NCBI GenBank assembly: GCA_947491025.1
Contig: CANLIC010000014.1
Span: forward strand, 2,936-66,935
Length of the DNA: 64,000 nt
DNA from: Myxococcales bacterium
Lineage (GTDB): Bacteria > Myxococcota_A > UBA9042
Direction: 5' to 3'
Position numbers and translations under genes: made by a program. Positions 9,159 to 17,911 of the stretch are shown in pieces; position 1 is the first letter of the stretch, and the number at the start of each line of letters is the position of its first letter. The notes beneath the pieces are model-generated. The model was given only the letters and a program-made list of their open reading frames with translations, did no database searches and was not told the DNA's origin.

Positions 9159-10595
9159 ATGGCGCTGCGAACCGCCACCTTCTGCGCTGCCGCGGCGATG
9201 GTGGCCGTCTTGGCCCATCGAGCTCCGGCCCTGGCGACGCCGGCAGATTCGGCGCCGCCCGGGGCAACAGCCCAGGGGTCGACGCCGAGCGCCCCGCTGC
9301 CTCTTTCGGGCGCCTCGACGCAGGCCGAAGACGATGACCTGACGCCCGACGCCATTGGATGGCCGACGCGCATCGACGCCATCGACATCGTCGGGGTCTC
9401 GCGGACGCGCCCGCGGGTCGTGCTGCGGGAGCTGCCCTTCCGCGCTGGGACCCTGGTGTCGCGCACCGACTTCGAGCTCGGCGTCGTCAGGCTTTGGAAC
9501 ATCGGTCTCTTTTCCAAGGTCTCGGCCAGCCTGCGCGATAGGGCGGGAAGGCGCCACCTCGTGTTGCGGCTGGAGGAGCGCTGGACGCTCAATCCTCTGT
9601 TTTCGTTTCAGGTATTGGTCAAGCGCGGCGCCGAGGCTGGCCAGGAGTCGACGTGGTGGTCGCTGGGGGCCAGCGACATCAACCTGCTTGGGCGCTTCCT
9701 CGAGGTCGGCGCCCGCTACGAGCGCTTCAACGCGTTCTCCGGCGGTCAGTTCTACCTGCGCGACTGGCGACTCTTCGACGAGCGCATCGATGCGCTGCTG
9801 CTGGTGGAGTCGCTGGTGCGGCCGCGGGTGGGCTTTGCCGATCGCCGGCTGCTGACCCGCCTCGACGTCAACCGACAGCTCGGGGGCGACCGCCTGCGCG
9901 TCGGCGCCCGGCTGGAGCTGCAGGTCGACCGGTTCTTCGACGCAGGTGACACGCCACCCGCCCTGCCGGCGGCGAGCGAGACGCTGCAACTCGACGCGGG
10001 CGTCCGATTCGGCCGCATCGACACCGACCGCATCCGGCAGAGCGGCGCATCGGTCGAGCTTCGGCCCACGCTGGCGATGTCGCGGGTGCGGGGCCATGAC
10101 CTCTGGCCACAGGCGCGGGCCTTTGTGCAGGGCCTGTGGTTCTGGGCGCCGGGACAGCGTCTGAATCTGGCGCTGCGGCTGCAAGGGGCCGTGCAGTCCA
10201 AGAGTCCAGAGCACCTGCAGTTTTTTGTCGGCGGCCTCTACGAGGTGCGGGGCGTCCGCGACTCCTACCTGCGCGGCGACCGCTACGCGCTGATCAACGC
10301 CGAGCTGCGGCTGACGGCTTACGATGCGATGTGGCTGGCCGTGGTGCCGACCGGCTTTGTCGATGTCGCCTGGGCGCACGGCGTGGCGCCCGACGCCGCC
10401 GGGGTGCTGCCAGCAAAGGCCAGCGCCGCGCTGCTCGCCTCTGCCGGTGCAGGCGTCCGCTTGTTGGTGCCGCGCCTCGTCCGCACCGGACTACGCCTCG
10501 ACGTCGCGGTCCCGGTCCATGGCATCGAATGCCGCGGTCCGCGCTTGGCCGGCGTCTGCCCTGGCCTCTCCGTCGGCGTCTTTCAGTACTTCTAG
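9159..10595 (+). CDS. Omp85/BamA-TamA-family outer-membrane protein with a single POTRA domain
   Basis: It has a signal peptide and a POTRA-like IDAIDIVGVSRTRPRVVLRELPFRAGTLVSRTDF segment. The rest shows an alternating beta-strand pattern, and the C-terminus is GVFQYF (terminal Phe). The gene begins 3 nt after the M20 peptidase gene. Confidence 0.8.
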   Translation: MALRTATFCAAAAMVAVLAHRAPALATPADSAPPGATAQGSTPSAPLPLSGASTQAEDDDLTPDAIGWPTRIDAIDIVGVSRTRPRVVLRELPFRAGTLVSRTDFELGVVRLWNIGLFSKVSASLRDRAGRRHLVLRLEERWTLNPLFSFQVLVKRGAEAGQESTWWSLGASDINLLGRFLEVGARYERFNAFSGGQFYLRDWRLFDERIDALLLVESLVRPRVGFADRRLLTRLDVNRQLGGDRLRVGARLELQVDRFFDAGDTPPALPAASETLQLDAGVRFGRIDTDRIRQSGASVELRPTLAMSRVRGHDLWPQARAFVQGLWFWAPGQRLNLALRLQGAVQSKSPEHLQFFVGGLYEVRGVRDSYLRGDRYALINAELRLTAYDAMWLAVVPTGFVDVAWAHGVAPDAAGVLPAKASAALLASAGAGVRLLVPRLVRTGLRLDVAVPVHGIECRGPRLAGVCPGLSVGVFQYF

Positions 10596-10758
10596 GGGAA
10601 AGATCGCGGCGCGAGGGGGCGACGCCACCGAACAGCGAGCAGCAGCGGACCCGACAAGGAGCGACCGAGGAACGGGCAGCCGGGCGTCGAGGGCGGGCCC
10701 CGTTTCGGCGTCGCTTGGCCCGAACCTACGTGGCGGGTCGCCGGATTCGCGGGGGCGT

Positions 10759-11598
10759 TCACTGCGCTACGAGCGGTTGCGGCGCCGCAGCCTCGGTCAC
10801 TGGCACCACAGCCGCACACGCTGGCGCCGCCGGGTCGAGGCAGCCGAGGTCGAGGCGGCGACCCGAACCCTTGCCCGGGTAGGCGCGATGGTTGGCGCCG
10901 GGCAGCGCGAAGCCACTGACCAGCACCCGGCGCGGCGCGTCGCCTTGGTTGGGTGTGCTGCCGTGGATGACGAAGGGCCCGAAGATGGCGACATCGCCGG
11001 CAGCCAACAGGGCCGGCACCGGCCGCACCCCGCGCAGCGCCTCGATCGGCAGGGTGCGCGCCGCGCTGTGGACCAGGGCGCCGCGGCCATGGCTGCCGGG
11101 CACGAGGCAAAGCGGACCGTTGTCGAGCGTGCAGGCGTCGATGGCGAGCAGGGTCTGCAGGTAGCTGCCGCGACCGTCGATGTCGGTCCAGGCCGCGGTG
11201 CCGAATCGGCGGTGGACCGCGTCTTGGTGCCAATCGAACTCGACGGCGTCGCCCGGCTCCTTCGGGTGGAGCTGCGCGATGAGCTGGTCAAAGCGGTGCC
11301 CACCGAGGACCAAGGCGGCCAGGCCGACCAAGCGGCGATCGCGGCTACAGCGATCGAGCTCGGGGTCTGCGGCCGCGACCCAGACCACGCGGGCGATGCT
11401 GCCGCCAGGAGCGATGACCGCTACGGCGCCGTCGACGTCGTGCTCACCTGGCGGCAGGCCACGCAGCTTCGCGCTCAGACGATCGACGGCGTCGCCAAGG
11501 ACCTGGACCTCGCTGGGCTGGAAGAGCCCGCGCAAGATGGCGAACCCATCGCGGCGCATGGCGGTTTGCAAGGCGGCTGGAGTCGGCAGGGTCGGCAT
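10759..11598 (-). CDS. Phytanoyl-CoA dioxygenase (PhyH) family Fe(II)/2-oxoglutarate oxygenase
   Basis: Motifs are DGFAILRGLF, FDWHQD (HxD), NGPLCLVPGSH and FVIHGSTPN. I prefer ATG 11598 as the start; the ORF could extend to 11700. Confidence 0.8.
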   Translation of the reverse strand: MPTLPTPAALQTAMRRDGFAILRGLFQPSEVQVLGDAVDRLSAKLRGLPPGEHDVDGAVAVIAPGGSIARVVWVAAADPELDRCSRDRRLVGLAALVLGGHRFDQLIAQLHPKEPGDAVEFDWHQDAVHRRFGTAAWTDIDGRGSYLQTLLAIDACTLDNGPLCLVPGSHGRGALVHSAARTLPIEALRGVRPVPALLAAGDVAIFGPFVIHGSTPNQGDAPRRVLVSGFALPGANHRAYPGKGSGRRLDLGCLDPAAPACAAVVPVTEAAAPQPLVAQ

Positions 11599-11739
11599 CG
11601 CGGCCTCCGCAGCGGGCGCGTTCTGGCGCCGGCCTCGCACCAGGGTAGAGGCGTCGGCCGCAGCCGCCAGAAATGGGGTTCGGCGTGACATGGGTGCCAT
11701 GGCCGAGGACCGTGAGCGCCTGGCAACGCGGAGCGACCC

Positions 11740-13200
11740 TCATGGCCCCGCCGCGGAGAGCCAGTCGATCTCGTCGCCGACATCGAAGTGCTGCGACGAA
11801 GGTACCTTGGCCACTTGGTACGGCGAGCGCGAATCGACGTCGGCGCGGTCGAAACAGAGCGCGGGATCGACGTGGTAGACCGCTTCGTGGTGGGTTGGCA
11901 GGCCCTTGGTCAGCCAGGCGACCATCGCCTCCGGCACTGCCCACTCCGACACCAGGCGGGCAAAGGAGGGCTCCAGGAAGCCGACGATGAGCAGCTCGCC
12001 CTGGCTGTGTTGGTCGCGAATCCGGTGCTCGACGAGTCGGGGCTCTGAAAGCCGGAACTGCCACAGCTGCGCGTTGTCGCCCTTGACCCGGCGGAGAAAC
12101 GCCGCGCGGTCGAGCAGCTGCTGGCCATCGGGCTCCGTCGGGCTCTCGCCGAAGGCATGGGGCGTAAACACCGGGGACAGCCGGCTCTCGTGGCAGAACA
12201 TGCAGCGCGCCGGCTTTCCCGCAGCGCCGAGGGCGGGATCGGCGCTGGCCGACAGGTGGCCGTCAGGCCGATAGATGGCAAAGCGAAGCTCGCCGTTGGC
12301 CATGACGTCGATGGTCTCGTGCTCAGCGAGCTGCCCTTTCGGCGCTTGCTCGCGCGCCATCCACGCGATCTGACTCCAGGTTTTGGCGTCGACGCGCTGC
12401 AGCCGCCGCGCCCCGACGGCGATGCCCGAGACCTCGACCTCAGCCGCCTCGACAAAGGGCAGGTGGCGGGCGCGAAAGGCGGCGAGCGTCGGCGCGGCGT
12501 CGGTCAGCGCGTAGTAGTGGGTGGCGGCGCCGACGGTGGCCATGGCGAAGCGACCGGCGTCGATAGCCCCGAAACGACTAGACTCCTCGCTCTGTTGCAG
12601 CACCGCGACGATGCGCTGCAAGAGGCAGCGGGCGCGCTTGTCGAAGCCCGCGGCGTGCAGGTCGACCCGCAACCGCCGAGTGTCGACCCAGGCGGCGATG
12701 GCCTGCGCCTGCGCGGCGGGCAGCTGGGCGCCGATGAGCTGCAGGTTCCACAGCACCCCTTGGCGGACGCGCGCAGCCGTCTCGCCCGCATAAAAAGGGC
12801 TCCAGCGCAGCAAGAGGGTCGGTGCGATGGCAGGACCCGCGAGGCACTCCTTCAGCCAGGCGGGCGGCGGGTGCAGCAGGCCGGTCTGCGGCTGCAAGGG
12901 CGCGGCGTCGATCGGTGCATCGGAGGCGGCGGAGTCGCCAGCAACGTCGTTCAAGGCCGCTGCGTCAGGGGCGCCCAGGTCGGACCCTTGGGTGTCGGCG
13001 GCGGCGTCGAGGTCGCTGAGCCCCGCGTCCGCATCTTCGGCTCCAGCTTCGAGCGTCTCGGCGCCGACGACACCATCGGCGTCGCCGTCAGCGCCCGAGG
13101 GCTCCAGCCGTGCAGGCCCATCGCCGCCGCAGCCCAAAGCGAGCAGGCCGCAACAGGCACCAAGGCAGACGACGAGGTGGAGCGGACGACCTTGGGGCAT
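11740..13200 (-). CDS. Lipoprotein of unknown function with a single CXXCH motif
   Basis: ATG 13200 is followed by the lipobox LLALGC and an acidic low-complexity linker. CMFCH is encoded at nt 12190-12204. The gene lies 62 bp downstream of the TonB-dependent receptor gene on the same strand. Confidence 0.7.
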   Translation of the reverse strand: MPQGRPLHLVVCLGACCGLLALGCGGDGPARLEPSGADGDADGVVGAETLEAGAEDADAGLSDLDAAADTQGSDLGAPDAAALNDVAGDSAASDAPIDAAPLQPQTGLLHPPPAWLKECLAGPAIAPTLLLRWSPFYAGETAARVRQGVLWNLQLIGAQLPAAQAQAIAAWVDTRRLRVDLHAAGFDKRARCLLQRIVAVLQQSEESSRFGAIDAGRFAMATVGAATHYYALTDAAPTLAAFRARHLPFVEAAEVEVSGIAVGARRLQRVDAKTWSQIAWMAREQAPKGQLAEHETIDVMANGELRFAIYRPDGHLSASADPALGAAGKPARCMFCHESRLSPVFTPHAFGESPTEPDGQQLLDRAAFLRRVKGDNAQLWQFRLSEPRLVEHRIRDQHSQGELLIVGFLEPSFARLVSEWAVPEAMVAWLTKGLPTHHEAVYHVDPALCFDRADVDSRSPYQVAKVPSSQHFDVGDEIDWLSAAGP

Positions 13201-13262
13201 GGGACCCTCGGCGCCAACCCCGGCGCGCGGCCCAGCGTGGCAGCGGCCAGCGATGCTGCCAA

Positions 13263-15515
13263 CTACAAGCGGCCGCTCAGCGCCACCGAGACGCCGACAC
13301 CTGGAGCGTCGAGGCCGGAGCCATGGACCCGGTAGCGGGCGTCCAAGAGGTTGCGCACGACAGCGTCGAGTCGCAGGTCGTGGCCGAGCGCGACGCCGCC
13401 GCGGAGGCCGACATCGAGGTAGCCGGGCGTCCCTGGGCAGGCCTTGCCACCGTCCTTGTAGGTCTTGCCGAGGTTGCCCGGGTCCTCGCAGATGCGGAGG
13501 TCGGACTCGTCGCCCGCCGCGAGGCGGTCCTGCGAGGCGGCGAAGCGGCCAAAGACCTCGCCTGTCCAGCGACCGCGTCCAACCTGGACACCGAAGGCGC
13601 CGCCGAGCGGTGGGATGCGGCGGAAGGGCGAAGTCGTGCCGTCTTCGGCCTCGATGTCGCCGGTCGTGGCGGCGATGCGCAGCCACGGCTGGAGCCCGTG
13701 GGCCAGGTGGCCGCGCACCTCGAGCTGCCCGCCCTGCAAGGTGCCGCGCTCGCGGTTCACGCGCTGGCGGACCGGCTTGGTGCCCACGGTCGCCGAGTCA
13801 ATCCCGAAATCTGCGTATTCGGAGGCGTTCACCTCGCGCTGATCGATGACGTCCTGGAGCGCGATCTGCCATAGCGCGGCGTGCAGGGTCACCTTCGTCC
13901 AGCGCAGCCGAGCGCCGAGCTCGAGCGCGTCGCTGCGTTCCGCGCGCAGATCGCGGTTGGGCACCTCGAAGGTGCTGCCTGTGTCGCCAAGCACCGTGGT
14001 CTCTTGCAGGTTCGGCGCCCGCAGGCCCTGATGCCAGCTGGCGTAGGCCATGACGTCGCCGAGGAGCAGGCGCAAGCCGGCGCTGCCGACGAGGCCCGAG
14101 GCGTCGTAGGCGATGTCGCCGAGCTTGGGTACCGCTGCGGCGTGGGCGCTGAACACGGCGTGGCGCAGCCCGGCGTCGACGAGGAGCCGCAGGGTGTCGG
14201 TCCGCAGCGCAACGGCGTCGGCGAGCACGAAGGCCCCGAACTCGGTGAAGGCAGAGTCCGCGCTGAAGTTGCCGCGCGCAGCGTCGACGTAGGTCCAGCC
14301 CTTGTCGCTGCGCCGTTCGGCGGAGGTGGAGGTGTCGATGCCGTCGCGCCACAGCTCGGCGCCGACGTCGATTCGCAGCCGCGAGCGCCAGGCGCCTGCC
14401 ATGGGCCGCAACGCCGCCCGCACCAGGCCGCCGAGGGAATTCACGGTGTCCTCGGTGCGCTGCTCGCGGGTCACGACCGCCAACGGGGAGGTGTCCTGGT
14501 CGGCCTGCAGCGCCTCGGCACCGGCGACACAGCTCGGCACATCGGTGCTGACATCCCCTATCTTGCAGCGCACCCGGCGCGCCACCTCGTTGCTGCGGTG
14601 CAGGGCGACGCTGGCGCGTACCTTCTCGACGATGCCGCTCTTGCTGGATTCGCCGCCGCCGTGCCCGAAATCGAGCCAGATCATGTCGTCGGCGTTGTCG
14701 TACCAGCGCAGGTCGCCGGCGTTGAGGGAGTCGGCGCGGCCGGCGTCGAGGAGCCGATTGCCCAGCGCCGAAACGCGGATCTCCGTCTTGGGCCCGAGGT
14801 CGTAGCCGACGCGCGCCAGCCATCCGCCCTGGCTGTAGGCGGAGATCGGCGCTGTATCGCCGCCACCGAGGCGCAGCTCGCCGAAACGACGGTAACCGCC
14901 GGCCGCCAACGCGCTGAGCGCGCCGCGTCGCAGGCTGGCCTGCCCCCACACCTCGACGCCGCCGTCCGCCGTGCTGTAGCGCACACCGGCACCGGCTGCT
15001 TTGCCGACCTCAACCGGTAGCGCGTGAGGCTGCACCGAGATGACGCCGCCCATCGCCGAGCTGCCATAGGCCACCGACTGCGAGCCGTGCAGGACCTCGA
15101 TCGTATCGATGGACGACATGTCGATCGCCGCCAGGTACTGGTTCGGGCCGGTGCGCCAGGTCGACTGATGAAAGCGCAGGCCGTCGAGCATCATCATGTT
15201 GGAGGGCCCGATGAGGCCACGCAGGATCGGGGCACCGGCGCCACGGTTGGTCACCTGCACGGTCACCGCCGTCGTCTCCTCGAGCGCTTCGGGCGGGGTG
15301 CGAGCACCCATGGCGCGGGCCTTCTCGGCGGTGACGCGGCCGACGCTGGCGCCAGCCTCGAAGCGGGAACCGCTCCGGCGCTGGGGGCTGACGACGACCG
15401 GCTCGAGCTCGGTGGCGGTCTCGGTCCGCGGCAGCCCGACCGGCTGAGCGAAGGCGGGCGCCGCGACCAGCGCGAGCGCAAGTCCGAGGGCCCGGGGACC
15501 GAACCTGGTCATCAT
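13263..15515 (-). CDS. TonB-dependent outer-membrane receptor
   Basis: The start is MMTRFGPRALGLALALVAAPAFAQ. There is a TonB-box-like ELEPVVVS and a plug motif IEVLHGSQSVAYGSSAMGGVISV, followed by a long beta-barrel. Confidence 0.9.
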   Translation of the reverse strand: MMTRFGPRALGLALALVAAPAFAQPVGLPRTETATELEPVVVSPQRRSGSRFEAGASVGRVTAEKARAMGARTPPEALEETTAVTVQVTNRGAGAPILRGLIGPSNMMMLDGLRFHQSTWRTGPNQYLAAIDMSSIDTIEVLHGSQSVAYGSSAMGGVISVQPHALPVEVGKAAGAGVRYSTADGGVEVWGQASLRRGALSALAAGGYRRFGELRLGGGDTAPISAYSQGGWLARVGYDLGPKTEIRVSALGNRLLDAGRADSLNAGDLRWYDNADDMIWLDFGHGGGESSKSGIVEKVRASVALHRSNEVARRVRCKIGDVSTDVPSCVAGAEALQADQDTSPLAVVTREQRTEDTVNSLGGLVRAALRPMAGAWRSRLRIDVGAELWRDGIDTSTSAERRSDKGWTYVDAARGNFSADSAFTEFGAFVLADAVALRTDTLRLLVDAGLRHAVFSAHAAAVPKLGDIAYDASGLVGSAGLRLLLGDVMAYASWHQGLRAPNLQETTVLGDTGSTFEVPNRDLRAERSDALELGARLRWTKVTLHAALWQIALQDVIDQREVNASEYADFGIDSATVGTKPVRQRVNRERGTLQGGQLEVRGHLAHGLQPWLRIAATTGDIEAEDGTTSPFRRIPPLGGAFGVQVGRGRWTGEVFGRFAASQDRLAAGDESDLRICEDPGNLGKTYKDGGKACPGTPGYLDVGLRGGVALGHDLRLDAVVRNLLDARYRVHGSGLDAPGVGVSVALSGRL

Positions 15516-15609
15516 CAACGCGCCTCCCCCTCGGAACGCGAGCGGCCAAAGGCCAGCGAACGTGCCTCCCCAAGCGTTGGCCCCCCCGCGCGAGGGCACA
15601 AGGGGCACC

Positions 15610-15621
15610 TTGCCTAGGCAA
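15610..15621. promoter_or_regulatory. Perfect 12-bp palindrome TTGCCTAGGCAA in the divergent TBDR/yhhQ intergenic region (candidate operator)
   Basis: I read the palindrome directly from the sequence. It lies 95 bp upstream of the TBDR start and 194 bp upstream of the yhhQ-like start. Confidence 0.25.
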
Positions 15622-15814
15622 CCCGGGAAGATCTCCCAAGCTCGCCGGGCAAGCCAATCGCGGCGACGGCGGCCGGTGCTTGGACGAGCCGAGTCTGCCC
15701 CCTCCGCGATCAGGCGCGCCATTGCTTGGCAGGTCGCGGCGACGTAGCCTCGACGCCACGGGGAGCAGCGCGACGGCGACGGCGCCACAGACGCCATTCC
15801 CGAGGAGCGAAGCC

Positions 15815-16501
15815 ATGCTGGACGACAGAGCCCGCATCTACGCCGCCCTCACCGCCCTCTTTGTCGCCTGCCTGCTCATCGCCGACCTGACCGGCGGCAA
15901 GTTCTTCCACCTGGACCTGTTCCAAATCGGTGGCTACCACTTCGTCACGCACTCCGTCGGGATGATCGCGTTTCCGTTGACGTTTCTCCTGACGGACCTG
16001 GTCAACGAGTTCTACGGCCCCAAGCTCGCGCGGCAGCTGACCTACACCGGCCTCGGCTGCGCGGCGCTGGCGTTTGGGCTGATCTTGGTCGCGCGCATGG
16101 CGCCCGTCGCCGACTTCAGCCCTATCGACCAGCCGTCCTTCGACAAGGTGTTCGCGATGTCGAATCGGCTCTACATCGCGTCGCTGACGGCCTATCTGCT
16201 CGGGCAGCTCGCCGACATCGCCATTTTCGGTCGACTCAAAACGCTGACCGGCGACCGCCTGATCTGGTTGCGCGCGACTGGCTCTACGTTGGTGTCGCAG
16301 CTGCTCGACAGCTTCGTGGTGACGACGGTGCTCTTCGTTGGCGTCGCAGATGCTGAGGGAAAGGTGCCGGATTTCGGAAAGATCCTGGAGATCGCTGGCA
16401 CCGGATATATCCTCAAGTTCGTGCTGGCCCTGCTGTTGACGCCCCTGGTCTACGGCGGGCGTGCGCTGCTTCGGCGGCGCTTCGGGCTGCAGCCGGCCTA
16501 G
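15815..16501 (+). CDS. yhhQ: VUT-family (YhhQ/COG1738) queuosine-precursor transporter-like membrane protein
   Basis: The N-terminus is MLDDRARIYAALTALFVACLLIADLTGGKFF, followed by FPLTFLLTDLVNEFYG and LRATGSTLVSQLLDSFV. The protein is polytopic. Confidence 0.8.
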   Translation: MLDDRARIYAALTALFVACLLIADLTGGKFFHLDLFQIGGYHFVTHSVGMIAFPLTFLLTDLVNEFYGPKLARQLTYTGLGCAALAFGLILVARMAPVADFSPIDQPSFDKVFAMSNRLYIASLTAYLLGQLADIAIFGRLKTLTGDRLIWLRATGSTLVSQLLDSFVVTTVLFVGVADAEGKVPDFGKILEIAGTGYILKFVLALLLTPLVYGGRALLRRRFGLQPA

Positions 16502-16583
16502 CGCGCCGCGGCAGAGGTGGCGGTAGCGCGGTGGGTCGGGCCAGGCGTGCTGCGGCCGAATACGGCGCAGCGAGTGGGGGACC

Positions 16584-17810
16584 ATGACACGGCAATGGAC
16601 AGACAGGCTGACGCGGCGGGCAATGACCCGGTTCGCGGTCTGGGCGACGGCGTGTGGCCTCGGCGCGTCCTTGACCCTGCGCCCGGCAGCGACGTTCGCC
16701 GCCGAGCCGGAGACCGGGTCCACGACGCCCGCGGAGGCCGCCGCCCCGCCTGGAGCGGCGACAGCGACCGAAGTGGACCCCGACGATCAACTGACGCGGG
16801 ATGCATTCGATCGCGCGCTCGACCGCCTGCGCCAAGGCGAACCGACCGCGGCCAGCGGCCCGCTGGCGGAGATCGCACACCGCGCGGTGCTGGCCGAGCG
16901 GCGCGCGGCGGCGACGGCCCTGCTGGCCTATGCCCGTAAGCTGAGCGCCATCGCCCAGGCTGGCGGCGGTGGCGAGGTGCTGCATGACCTGAGCGACGGC
17001 CGCACCGAGTTCATCGTCACGTCCACCCTCGGCGCCTTCTACAGCGGCGTCGTGCTGGTCGACGTGCTCGACATCGATGATGTGCGCCCAGTCGTCGGCA
17101 CGTTGCTGGTGACGACCGGGGTCGGGTTGACGGGTGCGATCCTCGGTAGCCGAGAACTCAGGCTGCGCGCCGCAGACGGCGAAGCGTACAGCCTCGGCGC
17201 CGTTTGGGGCGCCACCACGGGCATCCTGACGGCGCTGGCGGTCGACACCGACACCTCCGAGGCGACGCAACTCACCGTGCTCGGCGGTGTTGCGGTCGGC
17301 GCCTTTGCCGGGCTCAGCCTGTCGCGGCACTTCCAGCCGACGCGCGGCCAGGTCAACGCCATCTCGAGCGCGATGGTGGTCGGCTTTGCCAGCGCCGTGT
17401 TGGGCTCGCAGGTGTGGCAGCCCGAACAGGGCGGAAGCACGGCGCTGGCCCTGATGTGGCTCGGCGGCCTGCAGGTCGGCACCTTTGCCGGCATGACGCT
17501 GGCTCCGGACCTCGACTGGAGCGTCTCGCGCTCGCGGTTGACCCTGCTCTCGGGCGGTGTCGGCGGGCTGCTCGGCTTGGGCGTCGCTGTCCTGGTCACG
17601 GGCAGCGAGGGCAATGGCTCCACCACAGGCAAGATCTGGGCGGGCTCGGCGCTGGCTGGCCTCTGGGGCGGGCTCGCGGCCGGCGTCGCGTTGACCGCTG
17701 ACATGGCGCCCGACGCCCAACACCGCGCGGCGCCGACCCAGCCGTCGGTCATGGTGCTGCCGATGCAGGTGCGCGACGGCGGCGGGCTGGCGCTCCAGGG
17801 CTGGTTCTAG
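16584..17810 (+). CDS. Membrane protein of unknown function: signal peptide, helical domain, multiple Gly-zipper TM segments, and a C-terminal GGGLALQGWF
   Basis: The coding-type composition contrasts with the Arg-rich antisense ORF. An alternative start at ATG 16623 would give MTRFAVWATACGLGASL. Confidence 0.65.
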   Translation: MTRQWTDRLTRRAMTRFAVWATACGLGASLTLRPAATFAAEPETGSTTPAEAAAPPGAATATEVDPDDQLTRDAFDRALDRLRQGEPTAASGPLAEIAHRAVLAERRAAATALLAYARKLSAIAQAGGGGEVLHDLSDGRTEFIVTSTLGAFYSGVVLVDVLDIDDVRPVVGTLLVTTGVGLTGAILGSRELRLRAADGEAYSLGAVWGATTGILTALAVDTDTSEATQLTVLGGVAVGAFAGLSLSRHFQPTRGQVNAISSAMVVGFASAVLGSQVWQPEQGGSTALALMWLGGLQVGTFAGMTLAPDLDWSVSRSRLTLLSGGVGGLLGLGVAVLVTGSEGNGSTTGKIWAGSALAGLWGGLAAGVALTADMAPDAQHRAAPTQPSVMVLPMQVRDGGGLALQGWF

Positions 17811-17911
17811 CCTCTCCGCATCGAGGCTGCCGCAAGGCTGGCCATGACAGCCCGCTGCCGCGGTGCTAGGGTGCCGGCCCCCGGCCTCCTGGCCCGGCGC
17901 AGGAGGCGGCC

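Noticed and set aside
15516-15814. A possible cobalamin riboswitch (TBDR leader) or preQ1 riboswitch (yhhQ leader) in the divergent region.
   Set aside because: I could not find the B12 box (AGxCxGGAxGACCxGCC), the GGGAA...GGUGxAAxxCC core, or the preQ1 hairpin with an A-rich tail on the appropriate strands. An Infernal/Rfam scan would be decisive.
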